This document shows, piece by piece, positions 1 through 11,819 of a stretch of DNA of 64,000 bases. The notes beneath the pieces were generated by a model, which did not search any database, had not been told where the DNA came from, and saw nothing but the letters and a program-made list of their open reading frames with translations. The DNA is from Trichoplax sp. H2 (Eukaryota). Numbering within the stretch: position 1 is the stretch's first letter; every line of letters starts with the position of its first letter. Both the position numbers and the translations under genes were made by a program. The DNA lies in contig NOWV01000156.1 in assembly GCA_003344405.1 (NCBI GenBank), positions 1 to 64,000 of the forward strand. Direction: 5' to 3'.

Positions 1-620
1 GGGCAAATTGTCTGGCGTGGAAATGAATCACTCCTGATGTCATGGAATTGATGATGTTGTAATAAATATTCCATTTGACCAATAACTTGAATGTATGGTA
101 TTATGTTAAACTTATTTTTAGAAGCATGGGCTAAAATATCTTTGACGTCGTCAATAGTATAACTATGAGGTGATCGAGCTAAACTCAAATTGCCTGCAAA
201 TGGGAAAGAATCATCATATTGTAGCATAACTGATTTGGCTCCAAAGTAGTTTAAATGGGCGAAAATCTTTCGTAGATAATTGATTTTCACCGGATCTTTG
301 CTCAAATCGAAATGGACAATTGGGCTTAGAGTATTCTTAGGCATACGAAAAGCAAGATACATCTCGTAGATAGTATCACGATAAACCCTTAAATCGTTTG
401 CCTTAATTTTATTTGTAGCTTGAGTATGATGGCTGGATACTATATAGCTTGGCAGATATCTTGATATATTGGAATAAACCCAAGTAGGTTCTGTTGTTAT
501 AATATTCAATCGATCATGATTACTCTTAAGACTGATAATCTGAATCCATGTCAAATGCAGAAATGTTATAATAATTACCGTCATCCATACACAACAATAT
601 CCTCTTCGAAACCAATGCAT
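1..620 (-). CDS. HEXD/HEXDC-like GH20 protein, copy A: 5' part, runs off the left window edge
   Basis: ATG at 620 on the minus strand opens an uninterrupted frame: MHWFRRGYCCVWMTVIIITFLHLTWIQII...PIVHFDLSKDPVKINYLRKIFAHLNYFGAKSVMLQYDDSFPF...IIPYIQVIGQMEYLLQHH...RQTICP. It is collinear with 29347..31017, and 1..~317 is near-identical to 30395..~30711. It is absent from the ORF track because it has no stop inside the window. Confidence 0.9.
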   Translation of the reverse strand, partial: MHWFRRGYCCVWMTVIIITFLHLTWIQIISLKSNHDRLNIITTEPTWVYSNISRYLPSYIVSSHHTQATNKIKANDLRVYRDTIYEMYLAFRMPKNTLSPIVHFDLSKDPVKINYLRKIFAHLNYFGAKSVMLQYDDSFPFAGNLSLARSPHSYTIDDVKDILAHASKNKFNIIPYIQVIGQMEYLLQHHQFHDIRSDSFPRQTIC

Positions 621-1225
621 ATTGGAATACAGACTGGCCGATCCAGGTCTATACTGAAAGCCCAAGTGCAATGTATACCGTGATTGTTATATTTCACGAT
701 AGGCTATGTAACTGAAAATGTTCTCATTCTATCTGCATAGTACGCGTGTAGTATTTCATAATAGATTGTAACAACGCGATTTTAGAAAGGCTAAGTTGAA
801 ATTCTTTCACATCTGCTTGTTTGGCATTGATAATAAGAATGATTCCATTTCTTTATATAGAAGATAAATTCAATCACGATCTATTGTGTGAAAATTCGTA
901 AAATTTAGCCCAATTCCTTTATCAAGTTCAAAGCTTAACTGTTAATGATTTGATCTGGTCCAGGTTGTAGATAGAGATCAACGTCGTACTTCACCCAACG
1001 AGTTACCGTAGTCAAGATTGAACAAGGTGCCCACTGCACAGTGTAAAGACTCTGTAGTACAATATATCATCCTATTGAAAACGTTGCGTTCATGATGATT
1101 CAATGAGCTGTTGCAATGCTTTTCGAGAGTGTTTCCCAATATTACTTTAATATCCAAATTTTGCTGTCTTATTACAGCTTTAACGTTCATTAATTAACTC
1201 GAATTGATTGCAACCTCAACATAGT

Positions 1226-1405
1226 TTTACTGTGCACTTTTACGAGCAGTTTGGTACAGTACCGACAAAAAAGTACTGTACACTGTACACTGTACCTTGT
1301 ACAGTTCCATTTTGCACTGAATACTTTTGCCCTTACAGTACTGTACACTGTACACTACAGTGCAGTATATTGTACCGTATGGACGGACTAGACGTACAGT
1401 ACTTA
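1226..1405. repeat. Degenerate TACTG/CAGTA low-complexity tract
   Basis: Dense gtactgtacactgtac and tacagtactgtac words in both orientations, about 600-800 bp upstream of the copy A start codon. Confidence 0.8.
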
Positions 1406-2671
1406 CTTATGGGCTTATGGTATCAACATTCACCTTTAACTTTGTCGTTAAGGTTAGAATGAAATATTTGAATATCGCATGTCGGGTTATCGTAGAACCT
1501 TTTTAAAAGTAATTTGATGCGTAGTTATGTCGAACATATCACACTTTATGGTAATATAAAGTCAAATTAGTGCCATAAATTGATCAGCAGCCATTAATTA
1601 ATTAATTATTAATGCAAATGCAATCAATATAAAGTCAAAGATACCACAGATTGTGCTTTTTTTAGAAGTAATTCATTCATGACTAGTATTTGATTGATAA
1701 TAAATCATTTAGTAATTAATTCAATGTTGAATTAAGGATTAACAACAAGGCATGATCGACCTATCCATATATCAAACTACTCTGAATTGGTCCTAGGTAA
1801 CTTTTGAAAAACAGTTATTTTCTTAACCAAAGTGATAATCCAACGCGCATCTATCATCATATAACTTGAACAGCTACAGTAACTGAAACTTTATACCAAA
1901 CTCGGTCTAGTCAAAAGTCAGCTATAGACTACTCTTAGACCGAAGTACAGCCACCGAGTGCAGCATGCTGCTAAATTTCTCCCATTATTATTCATTCTCA
2001 TTTTTCCTGATATTGCTTAATAATTCTACCAGTAAATAATGGACCATAAATAACATCGAATCACTTACTTTCATGATTAATTACTCGAATATTAAGGCAT
2101 ATTAACTAAAACAAAGTCAAATTTAATGAAATTTGCTCATTAAGAGTCGTTCTGATACAGGATTATGGAAACTATTTCAACAAGTTCGGATAATATAAAC
2201 GTGGAGCCGTATAAATAAACTACAGCAACATGATACAAACGGCAGTGAAGCTATCAGTGAATTCAAATGTTCACCATGACTTACTTTACAGTACAGAATT
2301 TCAGTAAATATAATTTCCGTTCCTTGAAAGCAATTTACTTTAGCTAAAAAATAGAGTTTGAAAAAATGTATTCCGTCCGTCAAATAGTTTACTGATTCAT
2401 CAACTGACAGTGAAAATATCAAAACCAACGGTAAATGCAATGGTAAACTATATAGTAGCATACATCTAAAATACAAAGTACACGCGTGCATGCAACCTTT
2501 GTTGGATAGAGACACATACTAGTATGGTAAAACTTCGTGTTAAGTAGTTTCAAGTCCATCAACATCATTTCCCGCATATTAAATCAGATATAGATCGTTA
2601 TATGAATTTTACCAAGATCTAGTACAGTATACTGGTATACATACGTATATAGATACAATATCAACAGCAAA

Positions 2672-3484
2672 TTAAGCTTGCACGGTAACATGCAATACAT
2701 GCCAGTACAGATCGTTGACCAAGGTAGTGAGTGGTCGAACATGGCGATAACGCCATTCATCAATGCTATAATCATTATAAATTTCTTTAAACGCTATCTG
2801 AATTTCTTTATTCAAGCTTTTCAATGCTTGTCGAAGATACGTGAGTTCGTCAACCAGCAATGACTTATATAACTGATCACCAAGCAAGTATCGATTTTTG
2901 CCTAATTTAGCCATTACGTTAGAAACACGACTCTTCAAAACACGAAGTATAGACAGCAACCGATAACTTTGTCTGCCTGGCATTCGATCGCAAGTTTCAA
3001 TAGTGTAATCTTCCTTTAATTCAATTTGTAAATAGTCAATACATCGCAGTGCACAGACAGCAATTTCTGATGCAATATACATATGATATTCGCATGCCTT
3101 AAGAGTGTATACATTAAGTAGTAAGGAAGGAATACTCGCGGGTAAAATCTGACATGTAGGTAGAGAATAAGTTGGACGAGAGAAACCCATTAAAGAGATA
3201 CCTCCTACTTTTAAACCAGTTCTTTTTAAGCCGTTGGATAATCTAGCCCATGTGATCGTGTTACTTAGTCGCTTAACCGTTGGAACAAAGTTATCGTCGC
3301 ATTCTTCAGCACCTTTATATGCTGCGGCACCCCATATTTGATGAAATAATGATTTATACCTTTTCCACTGTGGCTGATCGAGGATATGAGTAACGTCGGG
3401 ATGAAAATCTAGAACCATTGGTTCTACTAAATCTTTCAGAGGTTCCATTTCGTTAGCTGTCATACTCCTTAAGCGATTATCCCA
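2672..3484 (-). CDS. HEXD/HEXDC-like GH20 protein, copy B: 3' half, 5' end lost in the assembly gap
   Basis: Open frame from the gap edge (WDNRLRSMTANEMEP...WGAAAYKG...LMGFSRPTYSLPTCQILP...HVTVQA*), collinear with the C-terminal half of 29347..31017. Confidence 0.9.
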   Translation of the reverse strand, partial: WDNRLRSMTANEMEPLKDLVEPMVLDFHPDVTHILDQPQWKRYKSLFHQIWGAAAYKGAEECDDNFVPTVKRLSNTITWARLSNGLKRTGLKVGGISLMGFSRPTYSLPTCQILPASIPSLLLNVYTLKACEYHMYIASEIAVCALRCIDYLQIELKEDYTIETCDRMPGRQSYRLLSILRVLKSRVSNVMAKLGKNRYLLGDQLYKSLLVDELTYLRQALKSLNKEIQIAFKEIYNDYSIDEWRYRHVRPLTTLVNDLYWHVLHVTVQA

Positions 3485-3504
3485 NNNNNNNNNNNNNNNN
3501 NNNN
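3485..3504. other. Assembly gap (20 N)
   Basis: Run of n. It falls inside the near-identical GH20 core, as expected for a repeat-induced contig break. Confidence 0.99.
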
Positions 3505-3940
3505 ATATGAATTGATTACAGACTGATTAGACTTTCATGTCTAGAATGACTTTATGCTGAAAGCGATCCAAAATTTATAATGAAATTTTGAGAATTTTGT
3601 AAATTAATTAATTAACCTAAACACATCTGTAGCAAAAGCCATTTCTTCGTAGCAGATTGCACAGAAAGCTACAATTCCAATTCTATTACTCATTACTGAT
3701 ACTTTATGAATATGACATCATAATTATTTTCCTTAATAAAAATAAACACCAAGAGGAAATGACTATCACCAGGTCTAGGCGCTGTTCTATTCAAAATTGA
3801 AGCAAAGATTTCATACCGATACCGATACTAATTCAGTCTATTACAGCCGTAGTGTTTACTGCTACCCAAAGCAGTATTTTTGGTATCCTATGTATATTGA
3901 CCTTTATTAAAGTTTATTTTTATAAAAATAAATTAATTTT

Positions 3941-4129
3941 ATCATTATCTCATAAACCTTTAAAGTGCTCTAGTGCACTATCCACATTTAATCTCAGTTA
4001 CTAGAAGCGATATCTCAAGTAGTAGCAGGTCCTTTTAGTTCATCATTATTTCATAAATCTATAAAGTGCTCTAGTGCACCATCCATATTCAATCTCAGTT
4101 ATTAAAAGAAATATCTCAAGAAGCAGCAG
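3941..4129. repeat. Two-copy tandem duplication, period ~101 bp
   Basis: atcattat.tcataaa...taaagtgctctagtgcac.atcca...aatctcagtta...tatctcaag.ag.agcag at 3941-4028 and 4042-4129, immediately upstream of the kinase ATG. Confidence 0.85.
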
Positions 4130-4161
4130 TTTTATTGCATTGATATACTAATGGATAGATA

Positions 4162-6100
4162 ATGACGGACCAGGATGTTCCTAACTTCCATTTACAGGAA
4201 GAAAAAATTTCATGTTGGGTAAGATAATGAACTAATTAAGCCTTGCACGACTGAAAAATGAAAGATAACATCGGCTATAATGAATAATTTTTTATTACAC
4301 AATACAAATATTTCCGCATATTTCATTTAGACATGCCTTCGACGTCAATTGGATGAATGGTGCTGTTATAAATCTGGTCACGATGACGTCTATATTAACA
4401 TTATGGAAGGGGGAAAATATCCATTCTCGGGAATGCCATATTATTCTATGCCCATGCTATCAGATTCGGTAAACTATTTAATGTAATTATAATACTGTTA
4501 ACATCAAGTTCTTTGAGGCTAATATTGAATCATCTCTTTCTTTATCTAATGTAAATTGTGCTGATGATTCTGGTTTTGAACATTGCTTATCCAGACTATA
4601 CAGCAGGCTTTAGATGTAGGCACCTGTAAACCTGGATATTATAGCACTACTTACCAGATAACAATTAGCGATGTCACATACGCATTTAAGAAATGGAACC
4701 CGCAGGTTACTTTTTCGATTAGGCTTCTATCTTAGTTATGGCTACAAGAATTTAAAATGAAGCGCTTCGATATCATATCTAAGCTACGATGCAATATCTT
4801 TTAGATGAAAGAATACTTAACGGACAAAAGATATACTTTTAAATATCTGCTAAGGTATTTCTAACACTTGCATCGATGAAGGTTAAGACTAATGATTAGA
4901 ATAGCAGCAGTAAATTGAATTTCATCTTTCCAACGTTAGCTTAAAACATGATAATCTACGGATGCTGCATTCATATCATCCATCTCTTGGAGGTCTATTG
5001 CTGGAATATCTACCGTTTTCGTTACGAGAGTTATTAATTACTTCGGTAATTTCAAACCCTCTCAATATTAATACAGTATACTAATGCAAATTTTCTGTAA
5101 CTAAATTGCTGATGTAGTGATAACTTTAAACTACCTCTAGGAAAGCACAGTACCTCGCTGTCTGCAAAGATTGATAATATTGAAGAACATTATCGATGGA
5201 TTAGCTTTTCTTCATGATTGCCAATTGGTCCATAATAATTTAACCAGGTAGATAGATTAGATCAAAGGTACAATTGCAGGATTACAAGAAATCCAACAGC
5301 TAACGTTGTTTGTGTAATTAGTAAGAATATTTTACTGGATGAAACGCTTAAAGCGAAATTAAGCGATGGATGTCTAGATTATAATCTTCACAAAATGAAC
5401 CTTGATAGAAGTACATTTCCTATCCCTTGCCATGTTGGAAAGATAGGATATAGCTGTCAGGATGCTCTAGCTGGAATAATTCGTAAATCCAATGATATAT
5501 ACAGCTTTGGGGCAGTAAGTGGTTGTTTTATAAGGTCTGCTGCATGTCCTTGTGTGGAAGCTATTGCTCTGTTCCTTGATACTCAGTTCATTTATCCATT
5601 TCAACAGATTTGTTTAGAAATAACTTCCGGACTGCAAGTGTTTGAAAAAGGCAGACGTCCACCATTGCTGGTATAATTAAAATACATCATGTTTTTTGAT
5701 ATAATACGGCAGTTATTTCGGCGAAGAGAGTGAAATGGAATAAAATGTTATTTTGTAGAAGGATTACTTGATTAGTTCCAGAAATCAAAACTGGAAAATG
5801 TTGAAGGATAAGAGAATATCGTGGAAAATGCAATGTACAAAGTCTACGTTCTGCCGACCAAGGAAAAAAATATTAGAGTTAGCAGTAGTTTGTTTATCCG
5901 ATATAGTAAGGCAAAGACCTGCTGTCATTCAAGTAAATATTTCAAATTTTATAAAAGTGCTTCCAAAGAAAATGTGATCCTAATTTAAGAGAGGATGTAA
6001 ATTTTCAATGTTCTTGTATTAGGTGCAGGAAAGGCTTGAAGCATTGATCGTCAAGAGTGTTAATGAATCATCCAAGTTGGAAAAATATGTACCAGTTTAA
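4162..6100 (+). CDS. IRAK/Pelle-like (TKL group) protein kinase-fold protein, probable pseudokinase; 10 exons
   Basis: Phase-compatible GT-AG exons 4162-4218, 4331-4468, 4595-4705, 4805-4854, 4940-5045, 5141-5247, 5322-5514, 5608-5670, 5759-5932, 6023-6100. The spliced product has kinase subdomains PGYYSTTY / YAFKK / LKHDNL / LLLEYLP / GLAFLHDCQLVHNNLTSKNILLDETLKAKLSDGC / GKIGY / NDIYSFGAICLEITSG / LAVVCL...RQRP...VQERLE. Confidence 0.85.
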
Positions 6101-7399
6101 ACTATTTTAGTGTGTGTATTGTCCATGGAATTCAAGAATGAGTAGAGAGAGAATAGTTCTTGTAAGCTAATATCATCATTAATTAGTAGTTAACACTTAC
6201 TTTCGATTAATATACTTAGTTAGAGTGATGTTTGTCTCATTTTTTATTAAAAATACTATTTTTATTTAGAATTTATTTGATTTACCCTGATGCTGTTTGC
6301 ATATTTATTCAATTTTAATGTTAATAAAAATCTGCTGCTTGAAATATAGAACTGCTTCATTAGAGGAAGCTACAAGAAACGAATTAATAATATAACCTTA
6401 AACTCTCCAGACTTTAAAATTTAAAAAAGAAGAGAAGTTGGTTAGCTCCCCTTAAATGATCCATTTAAAGAAAACTTAGCATTAATAGCGTAAGATAATT
6501 TACTATTTCGATAATAGGGAGAAATCATAACAGAAGAAAGTCAATTGTACTGCTTCTATTCGATATAAAACTAGGCTTTAAGATCTTTCTAAGCCTTTAA
6601 CAACATATCATTTTAGTATCCTGAGAAATAGAATAGCAAAGACGGGTAATTCTGATTCCATCGACGCTGAATTCCAATTTTATCCGCATTAAACAGTGCT
6701 TTGATTCAAATAAGAAAGAATTACTTAATGAAAATCCTTTGTAGTTATGCAGATATCGAAATCATCTTTCAGCAATGATAAAGATAGGCTATACCTGTAT
6801 CCAAAGATTAAGCTTTGACTAACTTTCAAAATAATATGCGAGCATGTTGTCGATAAACTTCTTAGCGCGAGTAACTCTACAGCAACAGCTTTAGTCCTTT
6901 CGGGTTAGATGACCATAAGATCGATGGATCAAAGTTAAAATCGGAATGCAATGAATCCATAAATAACTTGATCGAGAAGCCATAACTGCAGCACTTGATT
7001 ATAGCTTGTAAACAAATTATAGTCTAGGCTCATCTCGGCAGCTGTTGAGCTTACCTATGGATTTTAGCTTCTCAATATTGTGGTTTACCCCGAATTAATT
7101 TTTAATTATATTGAACAATTATTAGTCATAATTACTTTTTTAAAAATAGGAGCATACCATACCTTGTTCTTAATAACATTTGTTAATCTAATTAAAGTTA
7201 TTTAAATAACATACTAACAAATATGATGAAGTTAGGGACCGGCCAAAGTTAAAATATTCATGATATATAATCCAATAACGGTATTACTTTTTGCAGATTT
7301 ATAGTGCAAAATCAATCTGTAAATAATGGATTTTGTTCCTCTTTCTCTTGATAAGTTTCCACTTGTTGAGCTGATGTACTAGTTTACAAGGAAAAAACT

Positions 7400-7960
7400 A
7401 TTTCCTTAAATAAACTCCAATAACTTGTGCCAAAATCTTTATTAATTTAGCTACGCTTTTTCATCCCTACCAGTATAAGATTAAAAGTGGGTGCATGTTA
7501 TTAAATTTAAATCAGCGAAGTAATTGAATAGTATGTAAGGAAATTGTTAGTGCCTTAAATTAATTTTAATAACTTGTGTCAAGAATTTCTATTAATTAGC
7601 TGAGTTTTTCATTCCCACCAGTATGAGATTGAAAGTAAAAGCACGTTATTAAATTTAAATAGGCGAAGCGATTGAATAGTATGCAAGGATACAGTAGTTG
7701 CTGCCTAAATGCTGTAACATGTTTCGAAATCTCTATTAATTAGCTAAGTTTTTAATTTCTACCGGTATAAGATTGAAAATGAATGCATGTTATTAAATTT
7801 AAATCGGCAAAGTGATTGAATAATATACAACGTAATAATATTTGCGATAATAATTGCTGCCTTAAATGAACTACGATAACTGGGGTAAAAATATCGATTA
7901 ATTAACTCCACCAATTCGTTTAAGATCGAAAATAAGTACACATTATTAAATTTAAATAAT
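7400..7960. repeat. Degenerate tandem array, ~4 units of ~145-152 bp
   Basis: Anchor ttattaaatttaaat recurs at ~7498, 7647, 7791 and 7943, with shared flanks (ccagtat.agatt.aaa; tgcct.aaat; ctattaatt.agct). Confidence 0.8.
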
Positions 7961-8084
7961 CTCTGAAAACCCTCAAAATGATGCAATTGGATTATTTACA
8001 GGTTTCTTCTATCCAATCTAAAATGGTTGCCTGTGATCTAAAGTGCATTTGTCTTTAGAAATTTCAGCCACTAATTGAAATATT

Positions 8085-10004
8085 ATGGCCGAAGTTGATC
8101 TAAACACCTGTGTAGCATGGACACCAGATTTAACATTGAAGTTAATACATGATTTTCGCGAGCAGCCGCATCTATGGGATTTAAAGCATCCTTCCTACAC
8201 TGATCGAGAAAATAGAAAACATACTTGGGCTGATATTGGGACTAAACTAAACATAAGTCAAAGTGAAATAGAAAGAAAATGTCATACTTTACGTCTGAAA
8301 TTTTATCGTGAACGCCGAAAACTCTTGTTAGCTGATCAATATGGTATCGAAGATGGCAATCCCTCAACATCCGATTGGCAATATTATAAAGAATTGGAAT
8401 TTCTTACCGAGTTCTGTCAATCAGTAAAAGTAAGTCAATTCTGTCATAGCCTAACAACCTACCTAGCAGCACATCATTGCAAGACTTGTAAATCAAGTAG
8501 AACATAGCGTTCTACCAACTACTAACAGTAAAGCAATTTTATCATGCTATCAACCTAATCTATTGGTGTACTATTTCAGGATAATTTAATCGTGTATAGC
8601 ACAAATTTCTAATAGCTAGTAAGAGTAAAGCGATTATATCTCATTGTAGTTACTGTTAACAAAGGTTCTAAATCTGCAGATTACGATGTACTATTTCAAG
8701 ATTTGTTAATTGTGTAAAACACTCAATTTTATCCGCCAGTAGCGGTAAAGTGATTCTATCATGTAGTCCCTATTAACAGTGCTCGAAATCTACAAATTAC
8801 GAGATACTATTTCAAGATTAATTAATCGTATAGAACGCTAAATGCTACCAATCAGTAACAGTAGAACGAATCTTTCGTGCTACAAGCCTAAGACAGGAGT
8901 ATACTTATACTAGATTTGTTAATCGCGTAGATTTTATTTGATTATATCAATCAGGAACAGTAGCGTGATGTAATCACGCTAAAATTCTAAGATAGAGTAT
9001 ACTGTTAAAAGATTTGGTAACTGTATAAGACATCAAATTCTATCAATCAGTAACAATAGAGCGATTCTATCATGCTAAACTGTAAGATAGGGTATACTAT
9101 TTCAAAATTTGCTAATGCCTTGGAACACTGAATTCTATTCATCAGTAGTAGAGCGATTTTATCATGCTAAAACTCTAAGATAGACTATTCCTAAATTTTG
9201 TAATCTTGCAGAACATTAAGTTTACACATTTAATTTTTTAGACCGAAACGGAAAAAGGTGTTAAGGTATGAAAATTAATAATTAACTGTTAACGAACTCC
9301 GGTAGTATATGTGAATGATGCAATGTATTCAATTCAAAATTGTAGAAAGACTTAGAGGATTGTTCCCTCAATATTCCTGTCCAATCCTGTTCAATTAATA
9401 CTTTGGTAAGCAAGCATAAATCCTAGCCACTACCTTAGCCCTATATTTAATATTGCATATGATAAATTTTATTTTCAAATAATTAAAATAGTTTAATTAA
9501 TGAGCATCATCATGAATTATGCCATATAAATCTGTAGAAAAGCATGGAAGAAAGTAATAATTCCTTTAGCGAAGGGCCAGAAAATAATCATAGCATTGCA
9601 TGTAATGTAAGGACACTATGCGCAACTTAAATTACGGTTTATTTATGACCATTGCAAATTTAAATTTTAAATTATGTTGGAATTAGGACAATTCTATTGG
9701 CATAGTAAACGGACTCGAAAAGCCATGTGGAGTAACTATGAAGAGGAAAAGACTATCCTTACCTACTACAAATGTTGATGATCAACAGGAAGCTTGCCAA
9801 TCATTTCCTAACGTAAAAGACGCAAACATACAATATTACCTTCCAAAAGTAATTCAAATGGACCATATTGACTCATTCGGCCAATATGTAGCGGCGGAAA
9901 TGCACACATTCAAAAACAAAAGGTTACTGCAAGTTGTTAAGGATAAAATTTATGACATCCTTCGAAAGGCAAGATGCGATAAAGAAACCCTTTTGATGGA
10001 ATAA
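8085..10004 (+). CDS. MADF (Myb/SANT-like, Adf-1 type) transcription factor with C-terminal BESS-like motif; 5 coding exons
   Basis: Exons 8085-8429, 9242-9265, 9346-9405, 9538-9606, 9687-10004, all GT-AG and phase 0. MADF signature: LIHDFREQPHLWD...Y.DR..RK.TW..I...L...KCHTLRLKFYRERRK...WQYYKELEFL. C-terminal motif DHIDSFGQYVAAEM...IYDIL. Confidence 0.85.
8505..9215. repeat. Intronic degenerate tandem array, ~7 units of ~90-120 bp
   Basis: Recurring ttcta.caatcagtaacagtagagcgatt.tatcatgcta ... tactatttcaagattt.ttaat fills intron 1 of the MADF gene. Confidence 0.75.
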
Positions 10005-10019
10005 TCCTATTCACTCGCT

Positions 10020-10222
10020 AATACTACTTGTTTGTTTCGTCAATATCCACTTCAGGAAACACTTGTCTATCAAAATTAACAATTTTATTTATAGAAAATT
10101 ATTCTTTCAAGTCAATTAAACCAATATCGTGATATTACTTGCTTGTGCCTTTAATATCCACTTCGATAAAATAATTATCTACCAGATTTAACTCTATTCA
10201 TTTATAGGAAATTATTCTTAAG
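10020..10222. repeat. Two-copy tandem duplication, period ~112 bp (MADF 3' UTR region)
   Basis: ta.tacttg.ttgt...aatatccacttc and tttatag.aaattattcttt each occur twice. Confidence 0.7.
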
Positions 10223-11294
10223 ATTGATTGAAACTATATCTTGTAATTTAATGCAAACACTTCACAAGATTTAAAAAATTTCACATGGATTGAAATTATT
10301 ATCTAGTGTTATTACTCTCTAGAGTCTGAGGCAAAGCGAAAGAATTTAAATTGAAAATAAGAATTTGTCGTAGTAATACTATCAATAGTAATTCCTCTAA
10401 ATTGGTTTTGAAGCTTACGGACAAACAGGTTGCCATTAATTTTAAGACCTGACTAGCTTAGGATTTTGGAAATTAATTTAACTTGATAACGTACTTTGAT
10501 CGATGTTACTTCGATATCACAGAATTTGAGATAAAATAGAAACATTCTCGCCTACTGCAATAAAATTAATGACAAAATATATATTTATTGAAGTGATAAA
10601 CTGCTATTAAGATGGATCTATTATATGATTAGATTCTATAATAACATAAATTTATCAAAAAAGTCTTATTATTGGAGAAAAGGCCGATAGGATAAAGAAA
10701 ATCGCGGATAGATTTGTTAACTTTTGTAGTCCTTCCAAATACAGTATGCTAATAGAATACAAATAAATGCTAATCATTATTACAGCAATCATTCAAAATT
10801 TGGGATCAATTTGATACAGAATTTGTAAGTTCATCAGTCAAATTACTTGATGTTATAAGGACAAAGCAAATGTTCGCACATGGATAGGATATAACCGTTA
10901 TACTATACTTTGGAAGATTAGGACCTATTAATAAAGGAACTGCAAATCAATTGGTTAAATTCTTCGCCTCTGTCAATGACAATTTTATCCATATAACTTT
11001 AGAAGGATAGTTTTACTTTATTTGCACCTGGAGCTTCTGACGAGACTATAAAAGGCTGGTACCTGGGGACCGCTTTTTAATTAGTTAGTCAACTAGTTTA
11101 TCAATTACTATTGAATTGTCAAGACTATAATCTTGGTTGTCAAGAAGTAGTATGTAGTTTTACTTTGTCACCAGTGGTGTAGGATAGTTGTACTTTGATA
11201 GAAGTAAAATAATCTCATTCTGTATTGTAAACTATCAGCAGGAATAGCGCGATGTTATTCAGAAGAGGCATGCAGTGATGATAAAGAAATTACA

Positions 11295-11770
11295 ACTGCA
11301 CGAATGCTTGAATTCCTATCCTAATCCAGTTGATATTAAATTGACACGATCAATAACGATCATCAATTATCGCGCCTTAAATTTTAACAGTTGACAGAGT
11401 GTAATCGATAATACAACATTTGCAGTAGTTAACATTATTTTGTCAATGACTCGTTCCTATATACGCTGCATGAATACTTGAATTTCTAATCCTGTAGGTA
11501 TTAAATTAATATCATTAGTAACTCTAAATTTTAACAGTTGATAGAGCATAATCAATCATAAAATTCTTACAGAAATTAGCATTATCGGTCAATGACTTAT
11601 TTCTATCTGTGCTGCGTAATACTAGAAGTTCTAATCCAGTAGATATTAAATTAATACCATTAGCAGCGATGATCAGTTACCGCACTTTCAATTTCAACAA
11701 CTGGCGGAGCACGATCCACAATAGAACACTTGCAGAATTGGCATTACTTATTCAATGACTCATTTCTATC
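11295..11770. repeat. Degenerate tandem array, ~3 units of ~150-165 bp
   Basis: ctaatcc.gt.g.tattaaatt, aattt.aaca..tg and caatgact..tt.ctat each recur three times. Confidence 0.75.
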
Positions 11771-11819
11771 TTAATTTTTTAAAATTGAAATTAATTAAAG
11801 TCCAAAAGCTTTAGCAACT

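Noticed and set aside
978-1190. 70 aa ORF loosely resembling the N-terminal Zn-binding region of IS91-type transposases (L..HER.V..RM..C.T..L)
   Set aside because: It lacks the following GG/CxxC motifs and any downstream transposase sequence. More likely 5' UTR or intron of GH20 copy A.
1208-1462. Cys/Thr/Val/Tyr-rich ORFs (also 31649..31897, 53593..53793, 53655..53897, 53886..54089)
   Set aside because: Translations of TACTG/CAGTA tracts and other repeats.
8505-9215. Regularly spaced repeats as a CRISPR-like array
   Set aside because: Whole units are homologous and degenerate with no unique spacers. The context is a eukaryotic intron with no cas genes.
10786-11080. Long near-open plus-strand frame with two TAG stops (possible pseudogene)
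   Set aside because: No recognisable homology, and such frames can arise by chance.
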